From Chiloscyllium plagiosum (Eukaryota): 64,000 nt of DNA. Position numbers and translations under genes: made by a program. Of the stretch, positions 63,870 through 64,000 are shown piece by piece; within the stretch, counting starts at the first letter, position 1; each line of letters starts with the position of its first letter. The stretch is taken from positions 2,544,776 to 2,608,775 of the forward strand of contig NC_057756.1 of assembly GCF_004010195.1 (NCBI RefSeq), read 5' to 3'. The notes under the pieces are model-generated. The model worked only from the letters and a program-made list of their open reading frames with translations. It did no database searches and was not told the DNA's origin.

Positions 63870-64000
63870 CAGAGTATTGTTAGATGCTGGTTAATTGAGA
63901 TATTTTGGAGAAGTTGTATATTTTGGAAGATAACCCGCATTAGGAATTATATGGTCAAAATTAGGCCATTTTAAGTGCTGTTGAGCAGAAACTTTCCTTT

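Larger units (their letters stand above)
55000..64000. repeat. Segmental duplication R, copy 3 (runs off the window end)
   Basis: Colinear with 46050-54400, offset about 9-10 kb, with copy-specific insertions. Confidence 0.9.

Noticed and set aside
1..64000. B30.2/PRY-SPRY exon, tRNA or rRNA genes, CRISPR-like arrays, prokaryotic operons
   Set aside because: None recognised; the only tRNA-like boxes are in the SINE head and the DNA is vertebrate

Overview
Repeat-rich vertebrate genomic DNA, almost certainly from a cartilaginous fish (HE1-type V-SINE, abundant CR1 LINEs, Penelope elements, Gmr1-like Gypsy elements). None of the ORF-track ORFs is a complete host gene; most long ones are decayed reverse transcriptase. 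Between the transposons, on the + strand, lies the remnant of a tandemly duplicated Ig-superfamily locus with butyrophilin/chicken-BG/B7-like architecture: a decayed leader exon, IgV, IgC and possible TM pseudo-exons, followed by a long series of 21-nt, phase 1-1 AG/GTGAG micro-exons that each encode one heptad (ELKKCKE, ELKHCKE, ELQKSKE, GYVVKEA, AFRKCQE, DYAAKNV, YMKKCME). The micro-exons were multiplied by 3-10 kb segmental duplications, and several sister copies have lost a splice site. Also present: a fragmented class III (ERV-L-like) endogenous retrovirus, several short Penelope-derived insertions (mostly fold-back) with hammerhead-ribozyme motifs and 11-17 bp target-site duplications, and a (TCTA)n/(TA)n microsatellite around an 84-N gap. 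All calls are by-eye motif recognition; repeat boundaries are approximate.
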